Under the pieces are notes generated by a model. It worked only from the letters and a program-made list of their open reading frames with translations. It was not told the origin of the DNA and did not search any database. Below, piece by piece: positions 21,742-31,272 of a stretch of 64,000 nucleotides of DNA; the first letter of the stretch is position 1, and each line of letters begins with the position of its first letter. Origin of the DNA: a virus. Location of the stretch: positions 2,866 through 66,865 of the IMG/VR virus record IMGVR_UViG_3300031787_000096. One strand, written 5' to 3'. The position numbers and the translations under genes were made by a program.

Positions 21742-22368
21742 ATGGCTCCCCTCGCTTCCCCTTCTCGCCAGCAGCCGGCCCAGGCCCTCAGCCGTTTTGC
21801 CCTCAAGGTCCGCAATGCCCTGGTGCTGGTGCACCTGCCCCTGGCCGATGCCATCGCCTCAGCCGCTGCCCGGCGGCTGTTCCCGCTGGTGGAGCGGGAG
21901 GATCTGATCCAGGTGGCCCGAGAGGCACTGGTCCGCTCCGCTCCCCGCTGCAGAGCCGGCGAGCCACCAGCGCCTTATCTCCGCCGCTGCATCAGCGGGG
22001 CCCTGCAGCATCACCTGCGCGATCGGGTGCGGCTGGTGCGCATTCCCCATTGCCTGCATGAGCAGGGCAGCTGCCCGCTGGGGCACTTCAGCCTCGATGC
22101 CAGCACTGATGGCGAGCACTGCCTGCTCGATCAGCTGGCTTCCCCTGAGCCCGAGCTGGCTTCCAGCGGGGCCGAGCAAGAGCTGGCGCTGGAGCAGTTG
22201 GTGGATCAGCTGCCCGCCGCCCAGGCCACGGCCCTGAGGCTCACGCTCCTGGAGGGCCTGTCGCTCCGCGCTGCAGCCGAGCGGCTCGAGATCAGCGCCA
22301 TGTCGGTGCAGCGGGCCCAGAAGAAGGCCATCGCCGCCCTGCGTCAGCAGCTGGCAGGTGGGGGCTGA
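21742..22368 (+). CDS. sigma70-family (SigF/SigB-like) sigma factor with regions 2 and 4
   Basis: RNALVLVHLPL, EDLIQVA, GALQHHLRD, LSLRAAAERLEISAMSVQR. Confidence 0.85.
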   Translation: MAPLASPSRQQPAQALSRFALKVRNALVLVHLPLADAIASAAARRLFPLVEREDLIQVAREALVRSAPRCRAGEPPAPYLRRCISGALQHHLRDRVRLVRIPHCLHEQGSCPLGHFSLDASTDGEHCLLDQLASPEPELASSGAEQELALEQLVDQLPAAQATALRLTLLEGLSLRAAAERLEISAMSVQRAQKKAIAALRQQLAGGG

Positions 22369-22453
22369 GGCCCCTTCCTGCGAGCTGGGCTGTGGGCCGG
22401 CCTGGCAAAGGCCCATGGAGGGCTGGCCGATCTGCCTGCGGCGGCCCCAACTG

Positions 22454-22822
22454 ATGCCGATGGCACCACGTCAACTGAGCAGCAACACCGCCCCGATCCT
22501 GGCCCTGGTCGGGGCTGAGATCCTCTCGCTGATGGCCTTTGTGGGGGTCTGCGAGGTCCGCGCCAAGGACATCGCCCTGTGTGAGAGCCGTTGGGCGTTG
22601 GCCCTGCCGGCGATTGCCCTGGCGGGCCAGTCGGCCGCCACCTACTTCATTGACTCCGGCCGGGGGCATGGCCCCGGAACCGGTGGTCGCGGTCCAGGTG
22701 GCGGCGGCCCCGATGGCGGCATCCCGGCTGGCGTGGTGCGTCACCTGCCGCCCAGGAACCGGTTGGGGCAGTTCCGCACAGGCGCCAAGGATGAGGACGG
22801 GGACGATGCACTGGCTGCTTGA
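22454..22822 (+). CDS. putative holin-like membrane protein
   Basis: Two hydrophobic segments; lies two genes upstream of the endolysin. Confidence 0.5.
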   Translation: MPMAPRQLSSNTAPILALVGAEILSLMAFVGVCEVRAKDIALCESRWALALPAIALAGQSAATYFIDSGRGHGPGTGGRGPGGGGPDGGIPAGVVRHLPPRNRLGQFRTGAKDEDGDDALAA

Positions 22823-23177
22823 TCTGGCCGTCGCCTTCCTGGCCCTTGGGGTCCTGGAGGTCGTGGTGAAACCGCTGGCACGGCGGTTTGTGCAGCGCCG
22901 CATCCTGAGCGTCGCACCGCTGCTGTTTCGCCAGCTCGATCCCCTGCTGCCTGGGCTGCTGCAGCGCTGCTCCGGCGCCGAGCTCGAGCAGGTGGTGCGC
23001 CAGAAGCTGGAGGCCCTGACCGGTGAGAGCTGGGCCACAGACGATCTGGACCCGTTGTTTGCCCTGTTTGATCCACGGGCCGCAGCGGATCACGCGCTGG
23101 GGCAGATGGGCGATGAGGCCTTTGCGGCCTGGCTGGACGGGGCGTCGCCCGACGATCTGGATCGGTGGCAGCCATGA
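22806..23177 (+). CDS. membrane protein of the lysis cassette
   Basis: N-terminal TM segment MHWLLDLAVAFLALGVLEVVV; coupled to the endolysin. Confidence 0.6.
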   Translation: MHWLLDLAVAFLALGVLEVVVKPLARRFVQRRILSVAPLLFRQLDPLLPGLLQRCSGAELEQVVRQKLEALTGESWATDDLDPLFALFDPRAAADHALGQMGDEAFAAWLDGASPDDLDRWQP

Positions 23178-24499
23178 GCAAAACCACCAAGCAGGGGAAG
23201 CCTGCGGTCCCCACCAGCAACTACGTCAGCCACTACGACCCGGCCAAAAGCCATCACCGTGCCTGGCTGCAGGCGGTACTGGATCGGCTACTGCAGTACG
23301 AGCCCGAGGCCCTGGCCGAGGGCAGTGAGCTGCGGGACCTGTGGAAGGCCGCGGTGGAGACCAAGGCGCCACAGGCGTGGCCGGAAAAACCGGCCACGAC
23401 CACCGGCATCTCTGCAGCCGTCGCAGTAGCCCTGCCCCTGGTCAAGGAGTTCGAGGGCTGCCGGCTCAGCGCCTACCCCGATCCCGAGACCGGCGCTGAG
23501 CCCTGGACCATAGGCTGGGGCAGCACCAGTTACGACGACGGTGCACCGGTCAAACGCGGCGATCGGATCAGCCAGGAGCTGGCCGATTTACTGCTGGCCG
23601 GTCGCCTGGAGCGGGACCATCGCCTGCTGACCCAGCGCATCCCCAGCTGGGGAGAGCTGACCACCAACCAGCAGGCGGCGTTGCTGTCGTTCACCTACAA
23701 CTGCGGCCCGGCCTGGTTCGGCAGCAAGGGGTTCACCACCATCACCAAGGTGCTGCAGGCCGGCGAGCTGGAGAAGATGCCCGCGGCGCTGATGCTCTAC
23801 GTCAATCCCGGCGGCCCCAGCGAGGCCGGCCTGCGGCGGCGGCGCAAAGCAGAGGCCGCGCTCTGGAGCGCATCACCCATTCGGGTGAATAGCAAGCCCC
23901 CAGATGGGGGAGGCGCCATCCGCCATCCCAACCCGCTGGTGGGTGTGCCCCGGTTCAATCAGCGCGATTCCGCCCAGCTGACCCAGCGCGACCGCACCTG
24001 CTTCTCCTCCAGCTGCGCCATGCTCCTGGAGGCCATCAAGCCCGGCACGCTCAAGGGCGCCAATGGCGACGACCAGTACCTGGCGGTGGTTCAGCGCTTT
24101 GGCGACACCACCGACGCCAGCGCCCAGCTCCGTGCCCTCGCCCACTTCGGTGTCACGGCCCGGCTGGCGCAGAACGCTGACTTCCGGCTGATTGAACAGC
24201 AGATCAACCGCGGAGTCCCCGTCCCCTGCGGCTACATCCACCGCGGGCAAGTCGATCGGCCTACGGGTTCAGGCCACTGGCTGATCGTCTACGGCCACAC
24301 CCCCACCCATGTGGTGGTGAACGACCCCTGGGGTGAGCCCGATCTGATCCACGGCACCACCCTCAATGCCAGCGGCATGGGGCTGAGTTTCAGCCGACAC
24401 AACTTCGGCAAGCGCTGGATGGTGGAGCCCATCGGCGGCGGCGCCTACCGCTATGCCCCGGGCAAGGGCTGGGCGGTGGTGGTGGACAGCTTCCGCTGA
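23174..24499 (+). CDS. endolysin: GH24 lysozyme plus C39-like peptidase
   Basis: EFEGCRLSAYPD..WTIGWGST, ALLSFTYN, GLRRRR; Q...CFSSSCAM, GHW, VNDPWG. Confidence 0.9.
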   Translation: MSKTTKQGKPAVPTSNYVSHYDPAKSHHRAWLQAVLDRLLQYEPEALAEGSELRDLWKAAVETKAPQAWPEKPATTTGISAAVAVALPLVKEFEGCRLSAYPDPETGAEPWTIGWGSTSYDDGAPVKRGDRISQELADLLLAGRLERDHRLLTQRIPSWGELTTNQQAALLSFTYNCGPAWFGSKGFTTITKVLQAGELEKMPAALMLYVNPGGPSEAGLRRRRKAEAALWSASPIRVNSKPPDGGGAIRHPNPLVGVPRFNQRDSAQLTQRDRTCFSSSCAMLLEAIKPGTLKGANGDDQYLAVVQRFGDTTDASAQLRALAHFGVTARLAQNADFRLIEQQINRGVPVPCGYIHRGQVDRPTGSGHWLIVYGHTPTHVVVNDPWGEPDLIHGTTLNASGMGLSFSRHNFGKRWMVEPIGGGAYRYAPGKGWAVVVDSFR

Positions 24500-24528
24500 G
24501 GCGATCGGCTGCGTTGTGAGGTCGGTGC

Positions 24529-24664
24529 CGCAGGCCCTTCCATGCTCCGCGCCTTGGCAAGGGTTTCACCAGCCAGCCAGGCGGAACGTTGGGCTCCGCT
24601 GCGCTGCGCCATTGGGTGGTGGCTGGCCCTTGCCTGGCGGCGCGGCTGCAGGGCGGGTCCTGCG
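24529..24664 (+). promoter_or_regulatory. long imperfect hairpin, CAAGG/CCTTG family copy C
   Basis: GGCAAGGG 24556-24563 pairs with CCCTTGCC 24627-24634; CCGCGCC/GGCGCGG; loop GCTCCGCTGCGCTGCGC identical to copy A. Confidence 0.85.
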
Positions 24665-24675
24665 TCATCCCTCCT

Positions 24676-25401
24676 GTGGCTGCTGCCGAGTCCCACCGTG
24701 CCTCCCTGTCCTTCCCTTCTGACAACGGCAAAACCGGCCCGATCGCTGTCTCCAGCACCAGCCGTCGCACCTGCCCCTCCAGCTGCCCCCTGGCCGGTGA
24801 TCAGGGCTGTTACGCCGAGGCTGGCTTCCACACGCGGCTGCATTGGGATCGGCTCAGCCGGGGCGAGAGCGGCCTGCCGGCGGCGGCCTTCATCAAGCAG
24901 GTGCTGGCGCTGCCGGCCGGGATCCTGTTCCGCCATTGCGTGGCCGGCGATCAATGGCCCGAGCCGGGTGATCCGCTGCGCATCGATCAGGCCCTGTTGC
25001 TCCAGCTGGCCCGGGCTACACGCCATCTGCGGGCAGCCTGGTCCTTCACCCACTTCCCGATGGGCCCGGAGAATCAGGCCGCCGTGCGGCAGGCAGCCAC
25101 CAGAGGGCTGGTGATCAATGCCTCCACTGAGTCCCGCTCGGTCGCCGCGGGGCTGCAGCGCCAGGGCATTCCGGCGGTCTGCGTGGTGCCGTCCGATGCG
25201 CCAGCCGTGTTCCACCACGAGGGCGTGCGCTTTGTGGCATGCCCCGCCAGTCGTCGGGGGAGAGGCGGCCGCAAGATCCAGTGCATCAGCTGCGGCGGCC
25301 GCTTTGGCATCCCTCTCTGCGCCCAGGCCGATCGGCCATTCGTGATCACCTTTCCCGCCCATGGCCCGCGCGCGGCGGCGGCAGCGGCCCACTGCAGCTG
25401 A
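24676..25401 (+). CDS. Cys-rich phage protein (Gp88/DUF7227-like)
   Basis: NGKTGPI..TCPSSCPL...CYA, FRHCVAGD, WSFTH, INAS, CPA...CISC...LC...AHG; GTG start. Confidence 0.7.
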   Translation: MAAAESHRASLSFPSDNGKTGPIAVSSTSRRTCPSSCPLAGDQGCYAEAGFHTRLHWDRLSRGESGLPAAAFIKQVLALPAGILFRHCVAGDQWPEPGDPLRIDQALLLQLARATRHLRAAWSFTHFPMGPENQAAVRQAATRGLVINASTESRSVAAGLQRQGIPAVCVVPSDAPAVFHHEGVRFVACPASRRGRGGRKIQCISCGGRFGIPLCAQADRPFVITFPAHGPRAAAAAAHCS

Positions 25402-25530
25402 GGGCTCGCCCCTCTGGGGCTTGCCCCCGTTGAAGGGGCTTGCTCGGGTCCTCTCCAGTCTGGGGCCTTCCTGACGTCAGGCCCCCACTGGGATCGGTCC
25501 CGTCGCTGCGCCGCTCTCGGCGCCGATTCC

Positions 25531-25854
25531 ATGGCCCTGCTCTCTGCCGCTGCCTCGCCGTTCTGCCGGCCTGAGGAGGATCCGTTCCTGCTGCTCGAAT
25601 CCAGCCTCAAGGCGATCGAGCGGATCCTGCAGCTGCGGCGGGGGCTGCCGCTGCGCCGCACCTGGATCGAGCAGCCCTATGGCGAGGAGGAAATCACCCT
25701 GCTGGAGGAGGAGGTGATTCCCGCGATCCAGCAGTGCTTGGCGCGGGTGGATGAGCTTGATGAGCGGCTGCTGGCCCAGCAGGAGCTACTGCAGCGCTGC
25801 CAGCTGGAAGCCGATCGTGAGGCTCTGGGTGCGTTGAGGCTGCAGATGGCCTGA
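25531..25854 (+). CDS. hypothetical coiled-coil protein
   Basis: 107-aa GC3-rich ORF. Confidence 0.7.
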   Translation: MALLSAAASPFCRPEEDPFLLLESSLKAIERILQLRRGLPLRRTWIEQPYGEEEITLLEEEVIPAIQQCLARVDELDERLLAQQELLQRCQLEADREALGALRLQMA

Positions 25855-26037
25855 GGGCCAGGGCCCGCCGGGAGCCCTGATCCCGGCATTTCTCTCCTCT
25901 GGTGTGCCTCTTCGGCAGTGGGATTGGTCAGTCCGGGGCCGAGGGCCTGGTCATGCCGGCGGTGGCGAAGCGCTGCGGCAGGTCAATACAGGGTTGGCGG
26001 TGGTCCACGGCACAGGAGAGCACTTCCCCGATGGTCC

Positions 26038-26140
26038 GCCCCTCGGCCAGCAACCACCAGAGGCGGTGGGCTGGCCGCACCACAGCGTCAAGGCCAAGGC
26101 GAGCACCCAACGGATGGCCTTGACCCCGTGGCTCAGGGGC
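26038..26140 (+). promoter_or_regulatory. hairpin, CAAGG/CCTTG family copy D
   Basis: GTCAAGGCCA 26087-26096 pairs with TGGCCTTGAC 26115-26124; GCCCCT/AGGGGC. Confidence 0.75.
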
Positions 26141-26171
26141 GTGGAGGGGGGCGTTTCTTCTCCAGTTCGCC

Positions 26172-26354
26172 ATGCAAGCCACCACCACCGCTCCCTGCCG
26201 TTCCCGCCAGCGCAAGCCACAGCGCCGTCATCCAGTGCAGGTCACCCGGCAGCTGGTGCTCTTCTCCCTGCCGGTTCCGCAGCCGATCGGCTGCTGCTGG
26301 GATCTGATCTGCCCAGAGGCCGGCTGGGAGGAGCCCCTGCGCTGGAGCGTCTAG
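26172..26354 (+). CDS. small hypothetical protein downstream of hairpin D
   Basis: ATG 52 nt after TTGAC; contains QLVLF. Confidence 0.5.
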   Translation: MQATTTAPCRSRQRKPQRRHPVQVTRQLVLFSLPVPQPIGCCWDLICPEAGWEEPLRWSV

Positions 26355-26367
26355 AGCCAGCCGGCTC

Positions 26368-26595
26368 TCAGCGCCGTGCGCCCGTGGCGGGCTCGCGCGC
26401 GCTGGGCTCCTGGGCCTCGCCCTCCTGGAGGTGCTGCGTCCAGGCCTGACGCAGATCGTTGTGGGTCACCCGATACCCCAACCGCCGTGCCGTCTGCAGC
26501 AAGTCGTTGCGGCTGCGGCACCGACGCAGGACGCCCTGGAGTTGGGCACTGGCTTCTGCATCCACCACCAACCGCTCCAGATCCGACCAGCTCAT
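26368..26595 (-). CDS. Nif11-like leader-peptide family protein
   Basis: MSWSDLERLV...LLQTARRLGYRVTHNDL fits the Nif11 pattern (A..LGY.xT..DL). Confidence 0.75.
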   Translation of the reverse strand: MSWSDLERLVVDAEASAQLQGVLRRCRSRNDLLQTARRLGYRVTHNDLRQAWTQHLQEGEAQEPSAREPATGARR

Positions 26596-26723
26596 CTCTC
26601 AGCGCTCTGGGGATCTGGTCACCATCGCGCAGGTGGCGAGGTTCACCAGGTTCAGCGCGGCACGCTGGGCGCGATCCGTTGCATTCAGCTGGGAGGGCCT
26701 GAGGGGCTCTTGGATGCCGCGGC

Positions 26724-27956
26724 TCAGATCCCCCTCGGCCAGAGCAGCCCGGCGGAAGGTCGCGTCGGTCCGCCGCCTGACTCCCCTCCACCACCGGTTC
26801 CTCCTCCCCCACCAGCGGAGCCGGAGAGCAGCGGGCCCTGCTGCGGGTGCTGGCGGGCACCTACCGCGCTCATCGGCGGGAAGTGGCGGATGAAGTCCGC
26901 CGAACCGGAGACCAGCTGCATCCCACCCGGGGGCAGGCTGCTGATGAAATGCAGCTCGTTGCTCTCCCGCCAGTGGCTCAGGGTCAGGGGTGTGCTCCAG
27001 GGGCTGGCCTGGTTGTGGCTGGTGCCCGCCGGCACCCACAGCCACACGTCCCGATCGCTGGAGCGCTGGCCCAGCTGCAGCATCACCCCATCGGGCCGCG
27101 TCACCTTGCCGAAGTGGGTGCTGGCGCCGCGGATCGAGGTGGAGCCGATGAACAGCGGCGCTGGCAGCTGGATCAGCGGCGGCGGTGAATCAAAGAGACC
27201 CTGGTTCTGGAGAGTGAATTCGTAGTGGCCCAGGGCGATGCCACTGCGCAGCTGGTGGCCGTTGGCGTAGATGCTGGTGCTGATCGCCGACGGCAGCCCC
27301 CCGAAGCTGTTGCCGGAATAGCCGTGCAGCACCACCTGCCCATAGAACTGCTTGCTGGTGCGGGGGAAAACGGCGATCGAGCACCAGCCCGTGGTGCCAG
27401 GGCTCTTGTAGAGCGCATGGCAGCTGTCGCGATGCAGCTCGTCGTTGCCGCCATGGGTCTTGAGGGCCCAGCAGAAGAACTCCTTGCCGGGGGTGGTGTC
27501 CTGGGCGATCAGCAGGATCGCGCCGATCGACGTGGCACCGCTGAGGGTGCTGTCGACGTAGGCCAGCGCGGTGCTGCTGATGGTGGAGTTGTTGTAGGAG
27601 CCGTAGCCGCCGTTGCTGGTGTTGTTGGTGAAGGTGCTGGCCAGCGCGTTCCCAAAAACCGCACTGCTGCTGGTTTGAGTTTCCCCCTGGGCCGTGGTGC
27701 TGTCGGCGAGGAACCAAAGGTGAGCGGGTTCCACGGGATGGCCCAGCTGCCAGGTGTAGCCCCAGCGGTTGGCGGTGGCATCGGCATGGGAGCGGATCAC
27801 CGAGAGCGGAGTGCTGGCGTTGCCGGGCAGGGCGTTGACGGCCGCGGCGAAGGACCGGAAGGCCCCGTCGAGCTGCATGCCGATCGAGGCCGGATCCTTG
27901 CTGGTCCACTTCCAGCTGCCGGGGGCAAAGCTCTGGCAGAACACCTGATAGGTCAT
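26724..27956 (-). CDS. putative virion (fibre/spike) protein
   Basis: Ser/Thr/Gly-rich; last gene of the structural operon; paralogous motifs with 27953-28858. Confidence 0.65.
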   Translation of the reverse strand: MTYQVFCQSFAPGSWKWTSKDPASIGMQLDGAFRSFAAAVNALPGNASTPLSVIRSHADATANRWGYTWQLGHPVEPAHLWFLADSTTAQGETQTSSSAVFGNALASTFTNNTSNGGYGSYNNSTISSTALAYVDSTLSGATSIGAILLIAQDTTPGKEFFCWALKTHGGNDELHRDSCHALYKSPGTTGWCSIAVFPRTSKQFYGQVVLHGYSGNSFGGLPSAISTSIYANGHQLRSGIALGHYEFTLQNQGLFDSPPPLIQLPAPLFIGSTSIRGASTHFGKVTRPDGVMLQLGQRSSDRDVWLWVPAGTSHNQASPWSTPLTLSHWRESNELHFISSLPPGGMQLVSGSADFIRHFPPMSAVGARQHPQQGPLLSGSAGGGGGTGGGGESGGGPTRPSAGLLWPRGI

Positions 27957-28858
27957 GACCCACCTCCTGCCTGCACAGCGGGTGCGTCTTTGGTGCGCAG
28001 CAGCAGGCCATGGCCGCCGATCGCCAGCCACTCGCTGCCATCGGGCGCCTTGTAGTAGCTCATCGCTGCGCTGCTGATGTTCACCGCCGCGAAGTCGGGG
28101 GGAAGGATGAGCGGCTCCCAGAACTGGGCCGGTTCGTTGGCGCTCTCGTAGTAGCTCCAGTCGGTGGTGGCGATCACCAGCTCGGCGGGCCGGCTGATCC
28201 GCACCACGGTGAGCAGGCCATCGCGCAGCAGGCCGCGGGAGCCGGAGGGCTGGCCGGAGCGCACGTTCCAGCTCACGGCCCGCAATCCGTCAAAGCTGGA
28301 GGTGGAGGGGGGTGTGGCCGCCAGGATCCAGTGGCCAGACACCTGATCACGAGCGATCAGCAGCGGCACCGCTTGCCTGTTCGTGAAGCGGTGCTGGCTG
28401 TAGGCGAAGAAGAAGTATTCAGCTCCCGGCGCCAGCGACCAGCCCACCTGGGCATTGAAGGGCAGCGGCGTGGTGCTCCAGGTGCCGCTGGTGTAGCCCA
28501 CGTCTCCAGCGGGGAACACCCAGCCCTGTTCGGTGTCAGCCCCCACGTAGGGCTCGTTGTTGCCAATCCCCGGGCGAATTTGAAGGGTGGTGCCGGTGAG
28601 GAACACCTCCAGCAGCAGCACCGCCGGATTGCCGCCCGGTGTGAGCTGGGAGAGGGTCGCCTCGATGCGCCAGCCGCAGGGATCAGTGGCGGTGGCATCC
28701 GGGTTGGGCGCGGTGGCAATGCGCAGCTGGTGCTGGCTCACCTGGGCGTTGGCCGCGGCGATCCAGTTATGCAGATAGCCGTTCACCTCGGTGGCCACTG
28801 ATGGCCAGGTGGTGTCGGTGCCGAGGCGGCTGATGTCGATCAGGGTGCGGTTGCTCAT
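27953..28858 (-). CDS. putative virion protein
   Basis: Translationally coupled within the structural operon. Confidence 0.7.
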   Translation of the reverse strand: MSNRTLIDISRLGTDTTWPSVATEVNGYLHNWIAAANAQVSQHQLRIATAPNPDATATDPCGWRIEATLSQLTPGGNPAVLLLEVFLTGTTLQIRPGIGNNEPYVGADTEQGWVFPAGDVGYTSGTWSTTPLPFNAQVGWSLAPGAEYFFFAYSQHRFTNRQAVPLLIARDQVSGHWILAATPPSTSSFDGLRAVSWNVRSGQPSGSRGLLRDGLLTVVRISRPAELVIATTDWSYYESANEPAQFWEPLILPPDFAAVNISSAAMSYYKAPDGSEWLAIGGHGLLLRTKDAPAVQAGGGS

Positions 28859-28868
28859 GGATCAGTCC

Positions 28869-29288
28869 TCAGGGCGCCAGCACGACGGCGGTCACGGTCA
28901 CGGCAATGGCGGCCTGGCTGGTGCCGGTGTTGCGCACCAGCGCCCGCAGCAGCGATGTGGCCGCAGCGGTTTCGGTGGAGAAGTAGGTGCCGCCCGGCGG
29001 TGCCGTGATCGTCTGGGCAGCTGCGGTGGTGACCAGATCGAGCAGCACCCCACTCCCCGGGGCCGGATCCTGGGTGATCGGGCGGCTGCCATCGGCCTCG
29101 CGTGCCGCCCCCGAGCTGTAGAAGCTCACCCAGCCCGGTGCATCGGTGCTCACCGCCAGGAAATGGCCCAGCCGCCCCAGGCCGGGGAGGTCGAGCAGGG
29201 CGCTGGCACCCGGCAGCAGGGGCGTGGTGGTGTGGGTCACGCTCACCTGCTGGCCAGGGACCTGGGTGCGCGGCAGCCAACTGGCCAT
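28869..29288 (-). CDS. putative virion protein
   Basis: WVSFYSS..AREAD..R..TQDPAPGSGVLLD motif; structural operon. Confidence 0.7.
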   Translation of the reverse strand: MASWLPRTQVPGQQVSVTHTTTPLLPGASALLDLPGLGRLGHFLAVSTDAPGWVSFYSSGAAREADGSRPITQDPAPGSGVLLDLVTTAAAQTITAPPGGTYFSTETAAATSLLRALVRNTGTSQAAIAVTVTAVVLAP

Positions 29289-29309
29289 CGCTGCTGTTCT
29301 CCCTATCGG

Positions 29310-30554
29310 TTACGGCAGCACCTCGATGCGACGGATCGCCCGCACCTGGGTGATGAAAGCGCTCGTCTTGGACTCGGCGTACTGATCTCCCATGTAGGTC
29401 ATCCGCAGATAGGCCGTGCCACTGGCGGCCTGGGTGGAGGTCCAGTGGAAGAAGGGATCGTCGCCGACGTTCTCGTCGAAGTGCTTGAGCGTCTCCGCCC
29501 CACCAGCGCGGAAGGCGAGCACACTCGTCAGCGCTGGGTTGCTGTCGGTGTAGTTGCCGCCCGCCGGCACTGCATAGGGGTTGGCGCCATAACCCGCCCC
29601 GGAATAGGTGCCGTTGGCGGTCGCCTCCGGCTTGAAGGCCCGGTACAGCACATCCCACTCCTGGGTGGCGGGCAGGTACCAGTCGTCGTAACCGCCGATG
29701 TTGAGCGAGCGACAGAACTGCGCCGCCGGATGGCTGGCGTTGTTCATCGCCTCGCTGTTCGACCAGCCATCGAACACGCTCGTCGTGCCGGTGCTGGCGG
29801 TGTTGGCGGTCTTCCAGGCCACGTTCAGCAGCGAGCCGGCGGCCTTGGGCGAAATGATCAGCGCATGGGTGGCCACGCCATTGGCGGTGTGGCTGATCAG
29901 GCCGGCGTAGTAGCCGCCCTGGAAGGAGCTGCCGATGGCGGGCAGATCAGCCACGCGGATCGGGCCGAGCTGATAGACGGTGCCCGTGAGCAGGTCGAGG
30001 TAGAGGTCGCCATCGACCGCACCAGGGATGTTCAGCGGTGGAGCGCCGCTGCCGGTGAACCAGCCGGTGCCGCGGGGACCGATCGCCCCATCGATGCCGG
30101 CAGGTCCCTGAATGCCCTGGGGTCCTTGCGGCCCAGCCGGGCCCTGAGGCCCTGTCGCCCCAGCAGGGCCCGCCACACCCGCAGGGCCTTGCGGGCCCTG
30201 GATCGAGCCGCCATTCACCCAGCTGCTGGTGCCGCTGTCCCACACCCGCAGCGAGTCGTCGGCCTGCACCAGATAGGCGTCGCCCTGGGCAGCATTGGCG
30301 GGCAGGTTGGCGATCGCCGCCACCGAACCCTTGAAGTTGATGCCGATGCCGGCTGGACCCTGGATGCCCTGCGATCCGGTCGGACCAGCCGGACCAGAAG
30401 GGCCAGCGGGACCCTCGGGGCCCTGCAGACCGGCCGGGCCCTGGGGTCCCTGGGGGCCAGCAGGCCCCTGGTTCCCCTGAACGCCGGGCGAACCCTGCGG
30501 GCCGGCAGGTCCCTCAGGGCCGCGGATTGAACCGGTGGAATTCCAGGACCCCAT
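29310..30554 (-). CDS. collagen-like fibre protein with C-terminal DUF1566/Lcl (C-type lectin fold) domain
   Basis: Gly-X-Y repeats; [31 protein letters not shown]. Confidence 0.85.
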   Translation of the reverse strand: MGSWNSTGSIRGPEGPAGPQGSPGVQGNQGPAGPQGPQGPAGLQGPEGPAGPSGPAGPTGSQGIQGPAGIGINFKGSVAAIANLPANAAQGDAYLVQADDSLRVWDSGTSSWVNGGSIQGPQGPAGVAGPAGATGPQGPAGPQGPQGIQGPAGIDGAIGPRGTGWFTGSGAPPLNIPGAVDGDLYLDLLTGTVYQLGPIRVADLPAIGSSFQGGYYAGLISHTANGVATHALIISPKAAGSLLNVAWKTANTASTGTTSVFDGWSNSEAMNNASHPAAQFCRSLNIGGYDDWYLPATQEWDVLYRAFKPEATANGTYSGAGYGANPYAVPAGGNYTDSNPALTSVLAFRAGGAETLKHFDENVGDDPFFHWTSTQAASGTAYLRMTYMGDQYAESKTSAFITQVRAIRRIEVLP

Positions 30555-30581
30555 GGCAGCCAGACGGGTGTTGCGTCATCG

Positions 30582-30591
30582 GCTATTGCCA
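30582..30591 (-). promoter_or_regulatory. putative late promoter motif TGGCAATAGC
   Basis: Upstream of start 30554; one of six copies. Confidence 0.6.
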
Positions 30592-30788
30592 GGGAGCGGG
30601 ATTGTCCCCATCGGGGGACGGCCAAGGCTGGCAGGGTCCGAATAGAGGTGGAGTGTTGCCGGCGCAGGCTGCGCCACCCCAGCCACCTGCTGATCCAGAC
30701 CGGCGACGCCGGGCGCGTGCAGTTCCGCGCCCCAGCTTTCCCAAGCCCGGCCCAGCCTCCTGTCTTCCCTTCCGGAAGGCAGGAGGCC

Positions 30789-31175
30789 TTACTGCATCGC
30801 GATCGAAACCGTCAGTACCGCCGGTGAGCCAGAGGCAGTAGTGATCTGCAGCCACAGCCAGTGACCTGCGGGGATTTCTGGGACCTGAAAACTCGTGCTC
30901 GCACTGCCGGTCGTGGTGCTGGTGACGGTGATCGGATCCGTCGTGGCAGCTGTGCCTGTGGCGGAAACATCGGCGCCATGGCGCAGTGAGAAGGAGACAC
31001 TGGGGCTGGTGCCGCCGCTGAGCACGGCATCGACGCGGCTGATGGTCAGGTCCTGGGGTGCCCGCAGCAGGATGCGCCGGTCATTGGCCTGGGGGCTCGC
31101 CAGCAAGGCCAGCTGGGGCGGCATCGGTCCAGCGGGTCCGAGCAGCGAGGCGAGCTGACGCCAGGAGAGGGGCAT
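30789..31175 (-). CDS. putative virion beta-sandwich protein
   Basis: LTISRVDAV...IPAGHWLWLQI...LTVSI. Confidence 0.7.
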   Translation of the reverse strand: MPLSWRQLASLLGPAGPMPPQLALLASPQANDRRILLRAPQDLTISRVDAVLSGGTSPSVSFSLRHGADVSATGTAATTDPITVTSTTTGSASTSFQVPEIPAGHWLWLQITTASGSPAVLTVSIAMQ

Positions 31176-31196
31176 GGAGCACAGGCGGCATCACTG

Positions 31197-31206
31197 GCTC
31201 TTGCCA
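31197..31206 (-). promoter_or_regulatory. putative late promoter motif TGGCAAGAGC
   Basis: Upstream of start 31175. Confidence 0.55.
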
Positions 31207-31272
31207 GCGGCCGTCAGACGGGCTGCCCAACTCCAAGCGAACTCCTAATCGACGCCAAATTTGGAGTTGCGC

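Noticed and set aside
25455-25492. Hairpin upstream of ORF 25531
   Set aside because: Short and lacks the CAAGG/CCTTG core, so it was not counted in the family.
29310-29460. DGR variable region in the DUF1566/Lcl C-terminus
   Set aside because: No reverse transcriptase and no adenine-variant template repeat was seen in the window.
30080-30520. Tandem 9-bp-period repeats
   Set aside because: Explained by Gly-X-Y collagen coding.
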